Assembly (NCBI GenBank): GCA_963677485.1
Contig: OY781964.1
Location: 2,272,001 to 2,336,000 of the forward strand
Direction of reading: 5' to 3'
From: Armatimonadota bacterium
GTDB lineage: Bacteria > Armatimonadota > HRBIN16
Length of the DNA: 64,000 nucleotides
The position numbers and the translations under genes were made by a program. Positions within the stretch are counted from its first letter, which is position 1; every line of letters begins with the position of its first letter. Below, in pieces: positions 1 through 10,320 of this stretch. The notes beneath the pieces were generated by a model. The model was not told the origin of the DNA. It ran no database searches and saw only the letters and a list, made by a program, of their open reading frames with translations.

Positions 1-642
1 TGGGAAGGCGCCGTTATCTTGACGAAAGAGATCATGACGGAATGCCGAAAGTATAATCCCGACTGGAATATGAGCTTCGAGTGCAACTGGGACCGCATGA
101 TCCAGTTCGGCGGAGCCACCTGGTGGGTGGGCAACCAGCTTGCCACTCGCGCGGTCTTCCCTGAGAATGTGGAGACGATGGGCCATTATCAGCCTTATGA
201 CTACCTGGGGTTGAACAACGGCATCCGCGGCGGCCACGCGATCATGGTGGCCCCGCTGAACTTCAGCAGGGGTGTGGATTGGAAGCCGTTTGAAGGCATG
301 GCCGACTACTACCGCGACGTGAAGAAGATACGCGATGAACTTCAGGAGGCGGTGTTCTGGGGTGAGGTGATGGGACAAACCGGCATCGAGTTCCCTGATT
401 CGCTGCCTGGCGGCATCGAATACAACACCTTCCGCAACCAAACGACTAATCGGCGTGTGGTGGTCATCACCAACTCGACTATGTCGCCTGTTGATCTGTC
501 ACTGGGCAGCTTCACTGGCGGAAACAAGTCAGCGCGGTACCATGTGCCCGGCAAGAAAGCGCGCACCGTCACACTGCCGGCAACTGTGTCGGTACCCGCC
601 GAACGCGTCGTGTTCCTTGAAGAGATGGAGGCCACTCGATGA
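1..642 (+). CDS. C-terminal part of a putative glycoside-hydrolase-like (DUF6259-like) protein, 5'-truncated by the window
   Basis: Frame is open from base 1 (TGG GAA GGC...). The beta-rich C-terminal tail is typical of GH accessory domains. Stop overlaps the next ATG (ATGA). Family call is by resemblance only. Confidence 0.55.
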   Translation, partial: WEGAVILTKEIMTECRKYNPDWNMSFECNWDRMIQFGGATWWVGNQLATRAVFPENVETMGHYQPYDYLGLNNGIRGGHAIMVAPLNFSRGVDWKPFEGMADYYRDVKKIRDELQEAVFWGEVMGQTGIEFPDSLPGGIEYNTFRNQTTNRRVVVITNSTMSPVDLSLGSFTGGNKSARYHVPGKKARTVTLPATVSVPAERVVFLEEMEATR

Positions 643-2063
643 AACGAACCCTCACATTGATATTCGCCTTGCTTGTGCTGTCCATCGCAGGCATGGTGCA
701 GAGCCAGACTAATGGCGGTTTTGAAACCGGCGACTTTAAGGGCTGGAAGGCCGATAAAAACTGGATCATCGCCGACAAGTCTGCGCCTTATTACCTGGGC
801 TGGAATGGCCGTAACTTCGCATGGAGCGGAGGAGGCGGGGAGACCACTCTGGGAGTTTTGCAGAGCGAACCCTTCAAACTGGTGAAAAGCGGAATCCGAC
901 TGATGGTTTCGGGCTGGTCAAGCATACACGGCACCGGACAACCAAGAATCTGGAACTATGTCACCCTCAACCTTGAGGATGGCACGGAACTAGACCGGGT
1001 CTACACGCCGGATACCACCAACTTCGTCTATTCCTACCTGGATGGCCATAAAGCCAAGGGTAAGATGGTCTATGTTAAGGCGGTTGATGATGCAGAAATG
1101 GGCTCATACAGCATGATCTGCATCGACAACGTGATGCAGGCTGACCCTCCAGCAGATTCGCTGAAGAAGGTCACTCGTGGTGCCACCAAGGGAAGCATCG
1201 TGCTGCAGAATGCGCAGCTCCGGCTGGAGTTTGACCCCAAGAACGGCTCGCTGACGCGGCTGTGTAACCAAAAAGGGTTGGAGTTGATCATGGAGCCGCG
1301 GCTGGGTGGAAGCTACCGGTTTGCGCTTCCCATCCCCGGTAAGGAGCCCTGGCAGACGCTGGAGGCCAACTGGATATTCGGGGCTCAGCAGAAGCTGAGC
1401 TCGTATCGGCAGGATGGCAACACTCTGACGATGCGATGGGATGGCCCTCTGAAAAACTACCTGGGCGAAAGTTTCGACGTTTCGGTCCGGCAGACAGTGG
1501 AGCTGACACCATCCGGTGTGCAGTTCGATATGTGGGTGGATAACCGCTCCACGTACACCGTGGGAGAGACTTATTACCCGTTATTCGGTGGGCTACAGGG
1601 GCTGGGCAACACTCGCCAGCAACTGAGGAACACCGAGTTGGTACGTCCGGCTGCTACAGACGGTATGTCAACCAGCAAGATATTCAATGTATTCAACAAC
1701 ATGGCCCCGTTTGGGGATCAGGGTCCTGAGCAGTACTTCAACATCCCGCAGGATCAGCCGCAGGCGTGGGCTGCCCTCAGCAATGCCGCATTGGCCCAGA
1801 ACGTATTCATAGGAGCCAAAGTGGTGGATAAGCGGCCTTACACCCTGCGTATGGAGCTGTTTCCCGGAAGCAGCGGTGCGCCGCGTGAAGACGGCAACTG
1901 GCCCAGGCCCAGTGAGTTGAAGGGTCTGCCCGCCGGTGTGGAGCTTTGCTTCGTGCAGCAGGCCAATCATCCCGCTGGCAAGGTGTATCGCGCGCCATCG
2001 GTGTATGTGCAGTTCATCGGCGGCAACCGCGACGCATTGAAGCAGATCACCACCGGCCGGTAG
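639..2063 (+). CDS. Secreted carbohydrate-related hypothetical protein (NGGFETG CBM-like N-domain plus beta-supersandwich)
   Basis: Signal peptide MKRTLTLIFALLVLSIAGMVQS; NGGFETGDFKGW motif; LQNAQLRLEFDPKNGSL motif typical of GH N-terminal supersandwich domains. Confidence 0.6.
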   Translation: MKRTLTLIFALLVLSIAGMVQSQTNGGFETGDFKGWKADKNWIIADKSAPYYLGWNGRNFAWSGGGGETTLGVLQSEPFKLVKSGIRLMVSGWSSIHGTGQPRIWNYVTLNLEDGTELDRVYTPDTTNFVYSYLDGHKAKGKMVYVKAVDDAEMGSYSMICIDNVMQADPPADSLKKVTRGATKGSIVLQNAQLRLEFDPKNGSLTRLCNQKGLELIMEPRLGGSYRFALPIPGKEPWQTLEANWIFGAQQKLSSYRQDGNTLTMRWDGPLKNYLGESFDVSVRQTVELTPSGVQFDMWVDNRSTYTVGETYYPLFGGLQGLGNTRQQLRNTELVRPAATDGMSTSKIFNVFNNMAPFGDQGPEQYFNIPQDQPQAWAALSNAALAQNVFIGAKVVDKRPYTLRMELFPGSSGAPREDGNWPRPSELKGLPAGVELCFVQQANHPAGKVYRAPSVYVQFIGGNRDALKQITTGR

Positions 2064-2132
2064 GGTATCGGTGGTGTAATCTTGGTAGGTTGGGGCGAAC
2101 GGCTGTTCGCCCCAATAGTTTTTACCTTTGGC

Positions 2133-3026
2133 TTACTTGCCAGGGGGCGGGGGCTGAGGGTTGGATGGCATACCCGGAAGCTGCACACCCATGTCTTTCA
2201 TGGTCTGTAAATCTTCCATCGTGCGTTTCATCATACCATCACGTTCTTCGGGCGTCATGCTGTTCATCGCTTTGACACCCTCAATCATCATCTGCACGCG
2301 GGTGCGGGAATCCATGTTATTTGACATAGCCATCATGCCCCGCATCGCCGCAGCCCGCTCATCAGGGTCCATGCTCATTATCGCTGCCAGCAGTTTTTGT
2401 TGGATGGCCTGAAGGCTTTGCGCATTGATGGCACCCGCCGGGATGCTGCTGGGGTCCGCGGTCAGGTCAAACAGGTCAATCCCGTTGGCGGAGGCCCATG
2501 CCGGCTTGCTGTCATACACAACATATACTGCGATTGTGTTGAAAGACGGGTTCATTTTTTCAAGCCCGGACGCGTAGTTCTGAGGCACCTCTACCGCCTT
2601 GGCGAAACTGCTGATCTTGTTGCCTGCAGGGTCTTGGATGATCATGCCGGTCGCTTCCATCGCCTCCAGAGAGCGGACCATCGCGGCTAGCCGCTCCGGT
2701 TTGGGTTGCTTCATCTTCGCTCGCAGGTAGACTTTGCGCCATTTGATTGTTTTTAACGGAGTCAACGTGAGTTCCAAGCCCTGCTCGAAGCTTTTCGCTG
2801 CAGGATCGATCTTAACGCGGTTCGTTAGTCCAGGTTCAACTACTAAAGTTTTGTCGTATTTTTTAGCCCATTCTGCCAGAACCGTGGCGATGGGTGTACC
2901 ATCGTTGACAGGGGGTGCAACCACCTCTGGACCGGGACCACCCTCAGGCGGCTCAGGTTGGGGCTGCTGTGCGAAGGAGGTGGTTGATGCGCACATCAAT
3001 ACAGCGGCGATCAGGTATCTTTTCAC
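2133..3026 (-). CDS. Secreted STN/N0-like family protein, solitary paralog of the 32-39 kb array
   Basis: GTG start after GGAGGG; signal peptide ending FAQQ; shares PIATVLAEWAKKYDKTLVVEP and WRKVYLRAKM.QPKPERLAAMVR motifs with the array genes. Confidence 0.8.
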   Translation of the reverse strand: MKRYLIAAVLMCASTTSFAQQPQPEPPEGGPGPEVVAPPVNDGTPIATVLAEWAKKYDKTLVVEPGLTNRVKIDPAAKSFEQGLELTLTPLKTIKWRKVYLRAKMKQPKPERLAAMVRSLEAMEATGMIIQDPAGNKISSFAKAVEVPQNYASGLEKMNPSFNTIAVYVVYDSKPAWASANGIDLFDLTADPSSIPAGAINAQSLQAIQQKLLAAIMSMDPDERAAAMRGMMAMSNNMDSRTRVQMMIEGVKAMNSMTPEERDGMMKRTMEDLQTMKDMGVQLPGMPSNPQPPPPGK

Positions 3027-3057
3027 GTTCGTTCCCTCCATGGGTCAATGCAATCTA

Positions 3058-3086
3058 TTTATACCCTCTGTTGAGTAGAAATGCAA
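3058..3086 (-). promoter_or_regulatory. Putative sigma70-type promoter TTGCAT-N17-TATAAA
   Basis: The same TTG(C/T)ATTTC...GTATAA motif is upstream of paralogs at 32094, 33884 and 36150. Confidence 0.55.
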
Positions 3087-3119
3087 TAGATGAACGCCTA
3101 TATGACGAATATTGGCCCG

Positions 3120-4165
3120 TTACGGTTCAACTAGCTGCAATCGAAGCAGGCCGACGCAGCCATATCCGTTGCCTTTTGCTGAGCCGGTGTAGAATAGACT
3201 GAAGCTGCCGTCAGTCTCAGGAACCAGACCCAGCGGGGTGCGCATGTCTGCAACCCACCAATCGGGGCTTTGAGTGAGCACCAACTGCTTCGCGCGCGAC
3301 CATGTAAGGCCATCTGCCGAGTCGGCATACCCGATAGAGTGAGAGCCTGGCTCGTGTATAGTGTCGAACACCGCCATATACCTGCCACTCTTCAAGCGAG
3401 TCACCACCGGGTTTTCTGTGCCAAGCTCACCGTTCAACGTCACGGGATTACCTGCGGTCATGCGCTTCCATGGTCCTTTCAGGCTTGATGACTGCATCAA
3501 GCCCACCTTCCACCAGGTCGCCGCGTCGCTGCTGCCGTAGAAGCCCATCCACCCTTTCCCCACTTTGTAAGGGAAGACCGAATCGGTGCCTTGCGCACTT
3601 TCCCAGCTCTGACTCTCTGCACCGGGCTGCAGGATGATTTCCACATCGCGCCATGAACCGGAAAGGCCGTCTGGGCCCTTCTTCTGGCTCACGGCCCGCC
3701 ACAACTGCCCATTCCAGTTGACAGACCCTGCATTGTTCACAGGGCCTCGGTACGCCACATAAAAGAGGTTCCACAGCTTCGCCTGTTCGTCGTAGACCGG
3801 CATCGGGGCCCAAAGGCAGGCGCGTGGGTCATTGCCTGAGGTATCTCCGCTGCTGGTATACATCGTGTCGTGGCGGTTCCAGTGAAGCGATCCTTACTGA
3901 GCCAGTGACCCAACCTCATTTTGACCCACTTGGGATCACCTGCCATTTCGCTGGTGAACAGGTGATATACACCTTTCCACTTAAGCACGCAGCCGCCCTC
4001 GAAGCCGTATTTGTTGCTTTCGGTGCCGGGGTCACCATTCTTGATGACGGGATCCAGCCGTTGCTCGATGATCTTTAGGGTGACTCCGCAATCGCGAGGC
4101 GCTTCCTCGGCGATGGCGATGCAGGGATACACCAGCAGCAAAGGTAATAACCAGGTGAGTTTCAT
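3120..4165 (-). pseudogene. Secreted five-bladed beta-propeller glycoside hydrolase (GH32/43/130-like) split by a 1-nt frameshift near 3885
   Basis: ORFs 3737-4165 (signal peptide, FEGGC) and 3120-3863 (WAP, TDS, ENP motifs) join as ...WLSKDR(L)HWNRHDTMYTSSGD if one base is added. May be a sequencing error. Confidence 0.7.
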
Positions 4166-4193
4166 ATCCTTCTCCGTTGTCTCAGTTGAGAGC

Positions 4194-5468
4194 TCAATCC
4201 AGACCGTAGAATCGCTTCGGGTTCTCCGTGAACCACAGCCGCAGCGCGAACTCAGCCTCAGGCCTGCCCATCTTGCCTTTCTCGATCACGCGGCTGAGCA
4301 CTTCTGCCAGGTTTTGCTGCGTCATCTGCAGGTGCGCCCACACGATGGGCGGCGTGAGGTGCGTATCGCCGCCAAAGGCGAATATCTTGCTGAGCGGCAG
4401 GACTTCCATCCACTCTTCAAACTGGTTGACCACCTGCACGGGGTTGACCATGTGGGCCCAGCAGAGGTTGAGGTAAGCATTGGGGAAGTTTTTGCCCAGA
4501 TAGGCACAAGACGCCATCCAGGGGATGCCCATATGATACACATCAAACTGCACGGCGGGGTGCCGCTCGATGATGTTGAAAAGATGGTCGGGACTGCGTT
4601 TGGTGGCGTCCATCCACACCCCGGTGTGGAACGCCACCGGCAGACCGATCTCGGGCAGAAGCTCCAGGATGCGGTTGCACACCTCGCCGGAAAAGCCGAG
4701 GCCCTCATCCATCAAGTCGGGGCGGCCGCTCACGCTGTCAGCGATCTCAGGCTTGCTGCGCAGCTCCCGGAAGCGGAGACAGGCGTTCTGCCAGTCCAGC
4801 TTCCGGTACAAGCCGATAGAGGTACACATCTTGACCAGCTTAGCCCCGTTTGATTTCGCCATGATGATCTGCTGTTTAAGGTGCTGGCAGTAGTCTTCCA
4901 GCTCCGCGTGTGGGTTGGCCTGAACATACTCCTTCACCAGTTGTGGCATCAGAGCCAGGAACATCGTGTAGCACCCATGGATGAAAGCCGGCTGTGGGTC
5001 GCGTTGCGTGATGCTGTGCGGATCACGGTTCATGTTTTGGTTGAGCACCCAGTGGATGTTGCATTTCTTGGTCAACATCCGCTCATAGATGCCCGCCGTG
5101 TTCACTTTGTTCAGGAATTCGGTCATCTGCGGGATGGTGTCGTCGGTGAAGTCATCCACACCCACGAAGTGTTTGGCTGCCATCAGGCTGCACCGAGCAT
5201 AGGCGCCGTGCTTTATTAACGGCCACAGCTTTTTTACTGTAACCCATCGGGCTGCGGCCTCTTCCGGTGTGATCTCGTTCATCATCGCCCATGACATCGG
5301 CACACCGCAGGAGATCAGGTCAGAGACCGTGTATGGCAGCAGGAAGTCAAACCAACTGAACCTCCGCGCCACATGGTCCTTTTCGGCCCAAAGATGCTCG
5401 TGGGCATCGACGATGGGCAGGGTTCGCATATATTCCAACAGATGCTGTTTGGTGCTGTTTCGGTTCAT
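4194..5468 (-). CDS. Amidohydrolase-superfamily protein (uronate-isomerase-like)
   Basis: PIVDAHEH metal motif, FHTG, YHMGIPW, NAYLNLCW, FAFGGD, ENPKRFY. Confidence 0.8.
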   Translation of the reverse strand: MNRNSTKQHLLEYMRTLPIVDAHEHLWAEKDHVARRFSWFDFLLPYTVSDLISCGVPMSWAMMNEITPEEAAARWVTVKKLWPLIKHGAYARCSLMAAKHFVGVDDFTDDTIPQMTEFLNKVNTAGIYERMLTKKCNIHWVLNQNMNRDPHSITQRDPQPAFIHGCYTMFLALMPQLVKEYVQANPHAELEDYCQHLKQQIIMAKSNGAKLVKMCTSIGLYRKLDWQNACLRFRELRSKPEIADSVSGRPDLMDEGLGFSGEVCNRILELLPEIGLPVAFHTGVWMDATKRSPDHLFNIIERHPAVQFDVYHMGIPWMASCAYLGKNFPNAYLNLCWAHMVNPVQVVNQFEEWMEVLPLSKIFAFGGDTHLTPPIVWAHLQMTQQNLAEVLSRVIEKGKMGRPEAEFALRLWFTENPKRFYGLD

Positions 5469-5598
5469 CGATATCCTCCCGAAAGACCGTAGGCCTCTGC
5501 CATCATCATACCCGGAACAGGGGCAGACTTCACAGGCCGCTTTGGGGTACCATGCTATATAGATACCGATTTACAGCAGCCGCACCTGGAGGGCCGAT

Positions 5599-5955
5599 AT
5601 GAGTGATCCGAGTGATAGACCAGCAGAGGAACCGCTAGACGAATGCGCAGAAGAGTTCATAGAGGATCCTGAGAGCCCGTCAGTGCTGGTATGCACCTAC
5701 TGTGGTGAAGAGAACGAATCTGTTGGTCTGAAGGGTCCACAGCATAATCGATGCTGGAAATGTGGGCACTTTGTGGATTTTTGCGACTACATCGAGCCGT
5801 TTGACATCAAGGTAGGCGGCTCCAGCCGAAATCCTACCGGTGCGCGCAAGTGGTTCGTATGGTTCGCCAGGGTGTTTATCGTGTGGGCCGTGGTCGCCTT
5901 AACCGTGGGTCTGTTCAGTATGATCCAAGAAATGAAGTCGATGCCCCTGAAATGA
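5599..5955 (+). CDS. Small acidic Zn-finger protein with C-terminal TM helix
   Basis: GGAGG RBS; CTYC...NRCWKCG; hydrophobic C-terminus. Confidence 0.7.
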   Translation: MSDPSDRPAEEPLDECAEEFIEDPESPSVLVCTYCGEENESVGLKGPQHNRCWKCGHFVDFCDYIEPFDIKVGGSSRNPTGARKWFVWFARVFIVWAVVALTVGLFSMIQEMKSMPLK

Positions 5956-5973
5956 CGTGGATGGAGGCGCACC

Positions 5974-6183
5974 GTGTGTAAAGACCAGGACCGACAGCCA
6001 GACGATGAACTGGAAGATGAGCCCCAGGAAGAGTTCACAATCGACCCGGATCAGCCGGTAACGCTGATATGCATGAACTGCATGGAAGAAAATGAGGAAA
6101 TCAAACTGCGATCCGTGCAAAATGGCCGATGCTGGAATTGCGGTTACGTGGTTGATCAGAATTTCTTCATCTGGCGAGCATAG
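5974..6183 (+). CDS. Small acidic Zn-finger protein, paralog 2
   Basis: GGAGG RBS, GTG start; CMNC...GRCWNCG; ends FFIWRA. Confidence 0.7.
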   Translation: MCKDQDRQPDDELEDEPQEEFTIDPDQPVTLICMNCMEENEEIKLRSVQNGRCWNCGYVVDQNFFIWRA

Positions 6184-6208
6184 CAGCCGCACCATAAGGA
6201 GGCAACCC

Positions 6209-6418
6209 ATGAGTCACGAATGCGATGAACAGCCGGACGACAAGCTGACGGATGAACCCCAGGATGAGCCACTTGACGAAGAAGATCAGCCCGAGACCGA
6301 GGTATGCAAGCACTGCATGGCCGAGAACGACGTCCTGAAGCTGCGAACCGAGCAAAACAACCGGTGCTGGAAGTGCGGAGCAGACTTCAACGAGTTCTCA
6401 TTCTTCTGGAGGTTTTAG
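6209..6418 (+). CDS. Small acidic Zn-finger protein, paralog 3
   Basis: AAGGAGG RBS before ATG 6209; CKHC...NRCWKCG; ends FFWRF. Confidence 0.7.
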   Translation: MSHECDEQPDDKLTDEPQDEPLDEEDQPETEVCKHCMAENDVLKLRTEQNNRCWKCGADFNEFSFFWRF

Positions 6419-6454
6419 TGGCGAGGAGGGCATGTTTGAAGGTGGATGTTTTTT

Positions 6455-6678
6455 TGAACCACGAATGAACACGGATAGGGAGGGAGATGCCATGTCCCTG
6501 TTTTCGCGCCTTCGCGTCTTCGCGTCTTCGCGTGAGACCTTCCCATCAGTGTTCATTCGTGTTCATACGTGGTTTATAAATCCTGAGCAGGATATGTAAG
6601 ATGAGTAAGGCGAGTAGGACAAAGGCTGCTGTGATTATACTTCCGCATTTCCCAAGGCGAACGGCCGTTCGCCCCTAT
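6455..6678. repeat. Intergenic mosaic of short tandem modules plus a REP-like palindrome
   Basis: AACCACGAATGAACACGGAT, (TTCGCGTC)n, GTGTTCATTCGTGTTCATACGTGGTT; GGCGAACGGCCGTTCGCC at 6656. Confidence 0.7.
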
Positions 6679-9600
6679 CGATTGCTACCCAGCTTATCCA
6701 GTACTGGGGCCAGGTAGACCGATAGCTGTTCCACGCTCACACCGCCTGTTAGCCGGTCGAGCTCCTGGGTCGCAAGGCTAAGCAGCCCAGGATTGGGCAG
6801 CTTGCGTGAAGCACGTTCCAGCACCATCTGAAGCTTTCGGAAGTACGATGCGGTTTGTTGTAACTTGGGCTTCGACCCTGCCTGAGCGTCGAGCCAGGGG
6901 ATCAGCTTCAGCCTGATATCGCGGTTCAGTTGACGGCACTGCTCCTGGGTGTTCGTGATGCCGGTATCTGAGCTGACCGGCATCTTGAAACTCGCCGTAT
7001 CAACTGACTGGCCCATCTCCTCTTGACCCAGCAAAAACAGCGGCAACGGCTGGCCATTGATGGGCTGCAGCTTCACAAGGTTGGCGCTCATTGCCGAAGC
7101 GAATGGCAGTGCTTCGGGCGACAAGCTGTCTGACTTTGCGGAGCAGCCGTGCTGCCCACCGAATTTTGATACGCTCTCATATGCCTGGTAATAGGCCGAT
7201 CGGGCATCCTGAAGTAGCTGGTACAGGCTGACCATCTCCTTATCACGCCGGAAGGCCGTGACCGAATCGGCTGTGAAGCTGTCAATACTTTCCGCGCCAC
7301 ATGCCTCTGCAGATGAAAGGCGTATTACGGAGGCGTTGTATCCTTGTTTTGCCAGTAGTTGCACCATCTGGGCATAAAGGGCCTGGTTCATGGCCGTCAT
7401 ATGCTGTGCAAGGCTCTGCAGGGCGTCTACGGAGAGCTGGCTAAGGTAATACTTGGCCGGTGTACTCACAAACACCGAAGCCGCGAGCTGCTGTGCCGTG
7501 CTGCGAAGCCCCGGTAGCTCCTTGCTGGCCGGATCAAGCTGCGCGGCGGTTTCCAGCCTCTGCTCTGCTTGTATGTAGGCTTCCGCTAGCCGTTTGCCTT
7601 GTTGTAAGTCCGCTTCAAACCGCGCTAAATCCGGCTCTCCATCTTGAGAGGGATCAGGAACCGCTCCAGCATAGAGCTTCGCGAACTCGAAGCATTTGGA
7701 CTGAGCCAGCATATCTGAGGCCAGTTTCAATTCAGGTTCGCTCCCCGGCAGAGAGTTCCAGTTATCGATCGCCGATTGGGCAGCTCGGTATAGCGACTGT
7801 GACCAACTCATCACCCCACGCGCCAACCTCACCACTCCGCCGGCCTGATATCCCTGCGCGCCTTCCAACGCTGCCAGTGTGGGGCTGTCCGCTCCCCAGC
7901 AGCGGGCTCCGGTACTACCCAGGCCGCTGATGGGTACATCGCTCAGTCCCAGGTGTATGCCCGCAGGCTCGGTCAATGCGTGCTGCCGAAGCTGCTCTAC
8001 AAACGCAATCCGTGCAGCGGCCCCGGGAAGAGTGCCATGGTTGCTCCAGTATTCGCTGCTCTTGTGGGCCAGTTCCTGAACCCATTCCGAGATCGGTGTG
8101 ATGTCACGCGCAGCCAACAGCTTCGCATTGATGTGGCTGGCCCACTCAGCGTCTGCATCACTCAGTTGGTCCTCAGGTATTTGTAGCTGCAGTGTGGAAG
8201 CCGTCTGCAGCAGTGCCATCACACGCTGAACTTTTAACGCCTCTTCACGCCCCCAGTTCATCAGCATCTGCGCGTTGAGATCATCCATGAGGCTCCGACG
8301 GTGGACGGGGAGGCTGGTTTCAACCCGACTGAGCTCGTCATCGGCTAGCCTCTGCAGGGTATCGGTCCAGAGAAGCCTTCGCAAAGATTCCGGTTGTACC
8401 GCCCCATTGAGCATCACGTTGTTGGTCTGATCCTGTCGGGCCTCTGTGAAACACTGGCTGAGGTTGTTCAAGTATTCTTTGTGCAGCTCTGAGGCGATGA
8501 GCATCTGCTGGCGGTCTGTGACTGGTTCTGGCAGGCCCGCTAGTTTGGTTATTGCCTTCAATTCAGTGACTAAACGGTCATGCTGGTCTTGCTGCGCTTG
8601 TGTTGGGTTTTGCGGGTCGCCTGCTAACTCCAACTGCTGGCAGAGTGTTTCCATGCAGGCTTGATACCCAATCATCAAAGTTTGGGCGTATCGGCACAAC
8701 CTCAGGTCCTCTGAGGCTTCACGGGAATTTCCAGAAACTCTAGCCATATTGGCCTGAACCAAGAACCGGAAAAAGCTGCGGGCTGATTGTGCAAACCCGC
8801 TTCGGGCGACGACCATCTGCCCCAGTAATGGCGTCATCGCCCTAATCTGGGCTTCACACTCGGGGGTAGACTGGTTGTAGAACGGTGCCCATTTTGCCTC
8901 AAACTGGTAGGCCTGCTTGCCGTTCATCGGGCCATATAATATTCGCATCGATTCTTGTGCGGCAGATAATACCGCCCGACTGCCTGGCAGCAGCTTATTA
9001 GCCGACCACGCCAGGTTGTTCACATCAATCGAGAAGGCAGGCAAACTGATGCTCCGTTGTGGTGATGCGGACTCTTGCCACAGCACATCGTCAGGTCTCT
9101 TCTCTGCCGTGGGGGTGAAAAGTTGAATCACACTCACCTGCTGCTCTGACGAATGGCCAACCGCCTCCCGATCGGGCGTTGGGGTATCAGCAGAGGTGCT
9201 CTGCCACTCAATGCTGGCCCAGCTATCACGTACCAGCTCTGGGGGCGTCGGCAGCACCACTTTGGATGACACAGAGGCCCCTAGTTGGTAGGAATGCTGT
9301 TTGTAGAGCACGATCAGCGTGTAGGAGGCGATCTGTTTCGTAGGGTCGTAGTTGCTGGCTAACACCGCGGGCATTCCACCGATGGTGGTCCGGCTGAGCT
9401 GCTGACGCGTGGTGCTTTGCTTGAGCGAAAGCTCAAAGGTGGCAAGTGACTGCTCTGGCGTTAAGCCGGTGAGGTTAGTAGATTTACGGTCGCAGATCAG
9501 CATCTCCTCGGAGCTTTCGCTGATGGCGATGATGTCCACACCGCGTTCCAGATTCGGTGGCAGCAGCTTCCATCCCGATGGCAGCTTCATGCGGTAGGCT

Positions 9601-9704
9601 CCCTCGGGATGCTGATACCAATCGGCTGTCTGTGCCTGAACATGGGTGACCACCAGCACACACAGACTGAGCAGCATCAAGCCTATTGCGCAGCTTCGTC
9701 GCAT
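6675..9704 (-). CDS. Large secreted hypothetical protein (~1010 aa; PsbP-like N-domain, helical remainder)
   Basis: Long ORF; signal peptide MRRSCAIGLMLLSLCVLVVTHVQA from ATG 9704; YQHPEGAYRMKLPSGW motif. Confidence 0.65.
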   Translation of the reverse strand: MRRSCAIGLMLLSLCVLVVTHVQAQTADWYQHPEGAYRMKLPSGWKLLPPNLERGVDIIAISESSEEMLICDRKSTNLTGLTPEQSLATFELSLKQSTTRQQLSRTTIGGMPAVLASNYDPTKQIASYTLIVLYKQHSYQLGASVSSKVVLPTPPELVRDSWASIEWQSTSADTPTPDREAVGHSSEQQVSVIQLFTPTAEKRPDDVLWQESASPQRSISLPAFSIDVNNLAWSANKLLPGSRAVLSAAQESMRILYGPMNGKQAYQFEAKWAPFYNQSTPECEAQIRAMTPLLGQMVVARSGFAQSARSFFRFLVQANMARVSGNSREASEDLRLCRYAQTLMIGYQACMETLCQQLELAGDPQNPTQAQQDQHDRLVTELKAITKLAGLPEPVTDRQQMLIASELHKEYLNNLSQCFTEARQDQTNNVMLNGAVQPESLRRLLWTDTLQRLADDELSRVETSLPVHRRSLMDDLNAQMLMNWGREEALKVQRVMALLQTASTLQLQIPEDQLSDADAEWASHINAKLLAARDITPISEWVQELAHKSSEYWSNHGTLPGAAARIAFVEQLRQHALTEPAGIHLGLSDVPISGLGSTGARCWGADSPTLAALEGAQGYQAGGVVRLARGVMSWSQSLYRAAQSAIDNWNSLPGSEPELKLASDMLAQSKCFEFAKLYAGAVPDPSQDGEPDLARFEADLQQGKRLAEAYIQAEQRLETAAQLDPASKELPGLRSTAQQLAASVFVSTPAKYYLSQLSVDALQSLAQHMTAMNQALYAQMVQLLAKQGYNASVIRLSSAEACGAESIDSFTADSVTAFRRDKEMVSLYQLLQDARSAYYQAYESVSKFGGQHGCSAKSDSLSPEALPFASAMSANLVKLQPINGQPLPLFLLGQEEMGQSVDTASFKMPVSSDTGITNTQEQCRQLNRDIRLKLIPWLDAQAGSKPKLQQTASYFRKLQMVLERASRKLPNPGLLSLATQELDRLTGGVSVEQLSVYLAPVLDKLGSNR

Positions 9705-9714
9705 GATGGTGTGA

Positions 9715-10320
9715 CTACTTAGCCGGTGCAGGTCGAGAGACATACACACTGCGCTGTATCCAAAACCGCCAGGGATACTCCTGCCCCTGGCTGATGCCGA
9801 TCCGTGTGCCGCTGCATATCTGCCCAGGGGGCAGTGCAGCGGCATCGTGCAGTGTTAAAGCCCCGCTCAGAAGGCTGCTGCCGTTCTGCTGCTTCACAAG
9901 CCCGAACGCCTTCGCGAGCTTACCTGGCCCGCTGCAGAGCTTCTTTATGTCATCTATCTGCCGGTTCGTGCGCATCAGCTCCACACCCAGCACGGGCTCC
10001 ACGGCGCGTATCAACACGCCTTCACCAACACCTTCGGGCTGCGTGATGGCGTTAAGCATCAGGTGGGTATGAACCTGGTAGATGTAGGCGTGAGCAGGCG
10101 GTCCGAACATCGCCGCATTGCGAGCGGTCAGCCCCCTGTTGGCGTGGCAGGCGGGGTCATTCTGGCAGTAGGCCTCGGTCTCCACGATGATCCCGGCGAT
10201 CAGTCCCGACTCAGTTTGATGCACCAGAATCTTACCTAAAAGCGCTTGAGCGACCTCCACGGTGGGCTCAAGGTAGAAGTTAACTGGTAACGGCTCAGAG
10301 GGATAGCTGGCTATTTCCAT
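9715..10320 (-). CDS. mpg: DNA-3-methyladenine glycosylase (MPG/AAG family)
   Basis: VAQALLGKILV, IVETEAY, DPACHA, MFGPP.HAYIY, VLIRAVEP, GPGKL, RIGIS, PWRF motifs. Confidence 0.93.
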   Translation of the reverse strand: MEIASYPSEPLPVNFYLEPTVEVAQALLGKILVHQTESGLIAGIIVETEAYCQNDPACHANRGLTARNAAMFGPPAHAYIYQVHTHLMLNAITQPEGVGEGVLIRAVEPVLGVELMRTNRQIDDIKKLCSGPGKLAKAFGLVKQQNGSSLLSGALTLHDAAALPPGQICSGTRIGISQGQEYPWRFWIQRSVYVSRPAPAK

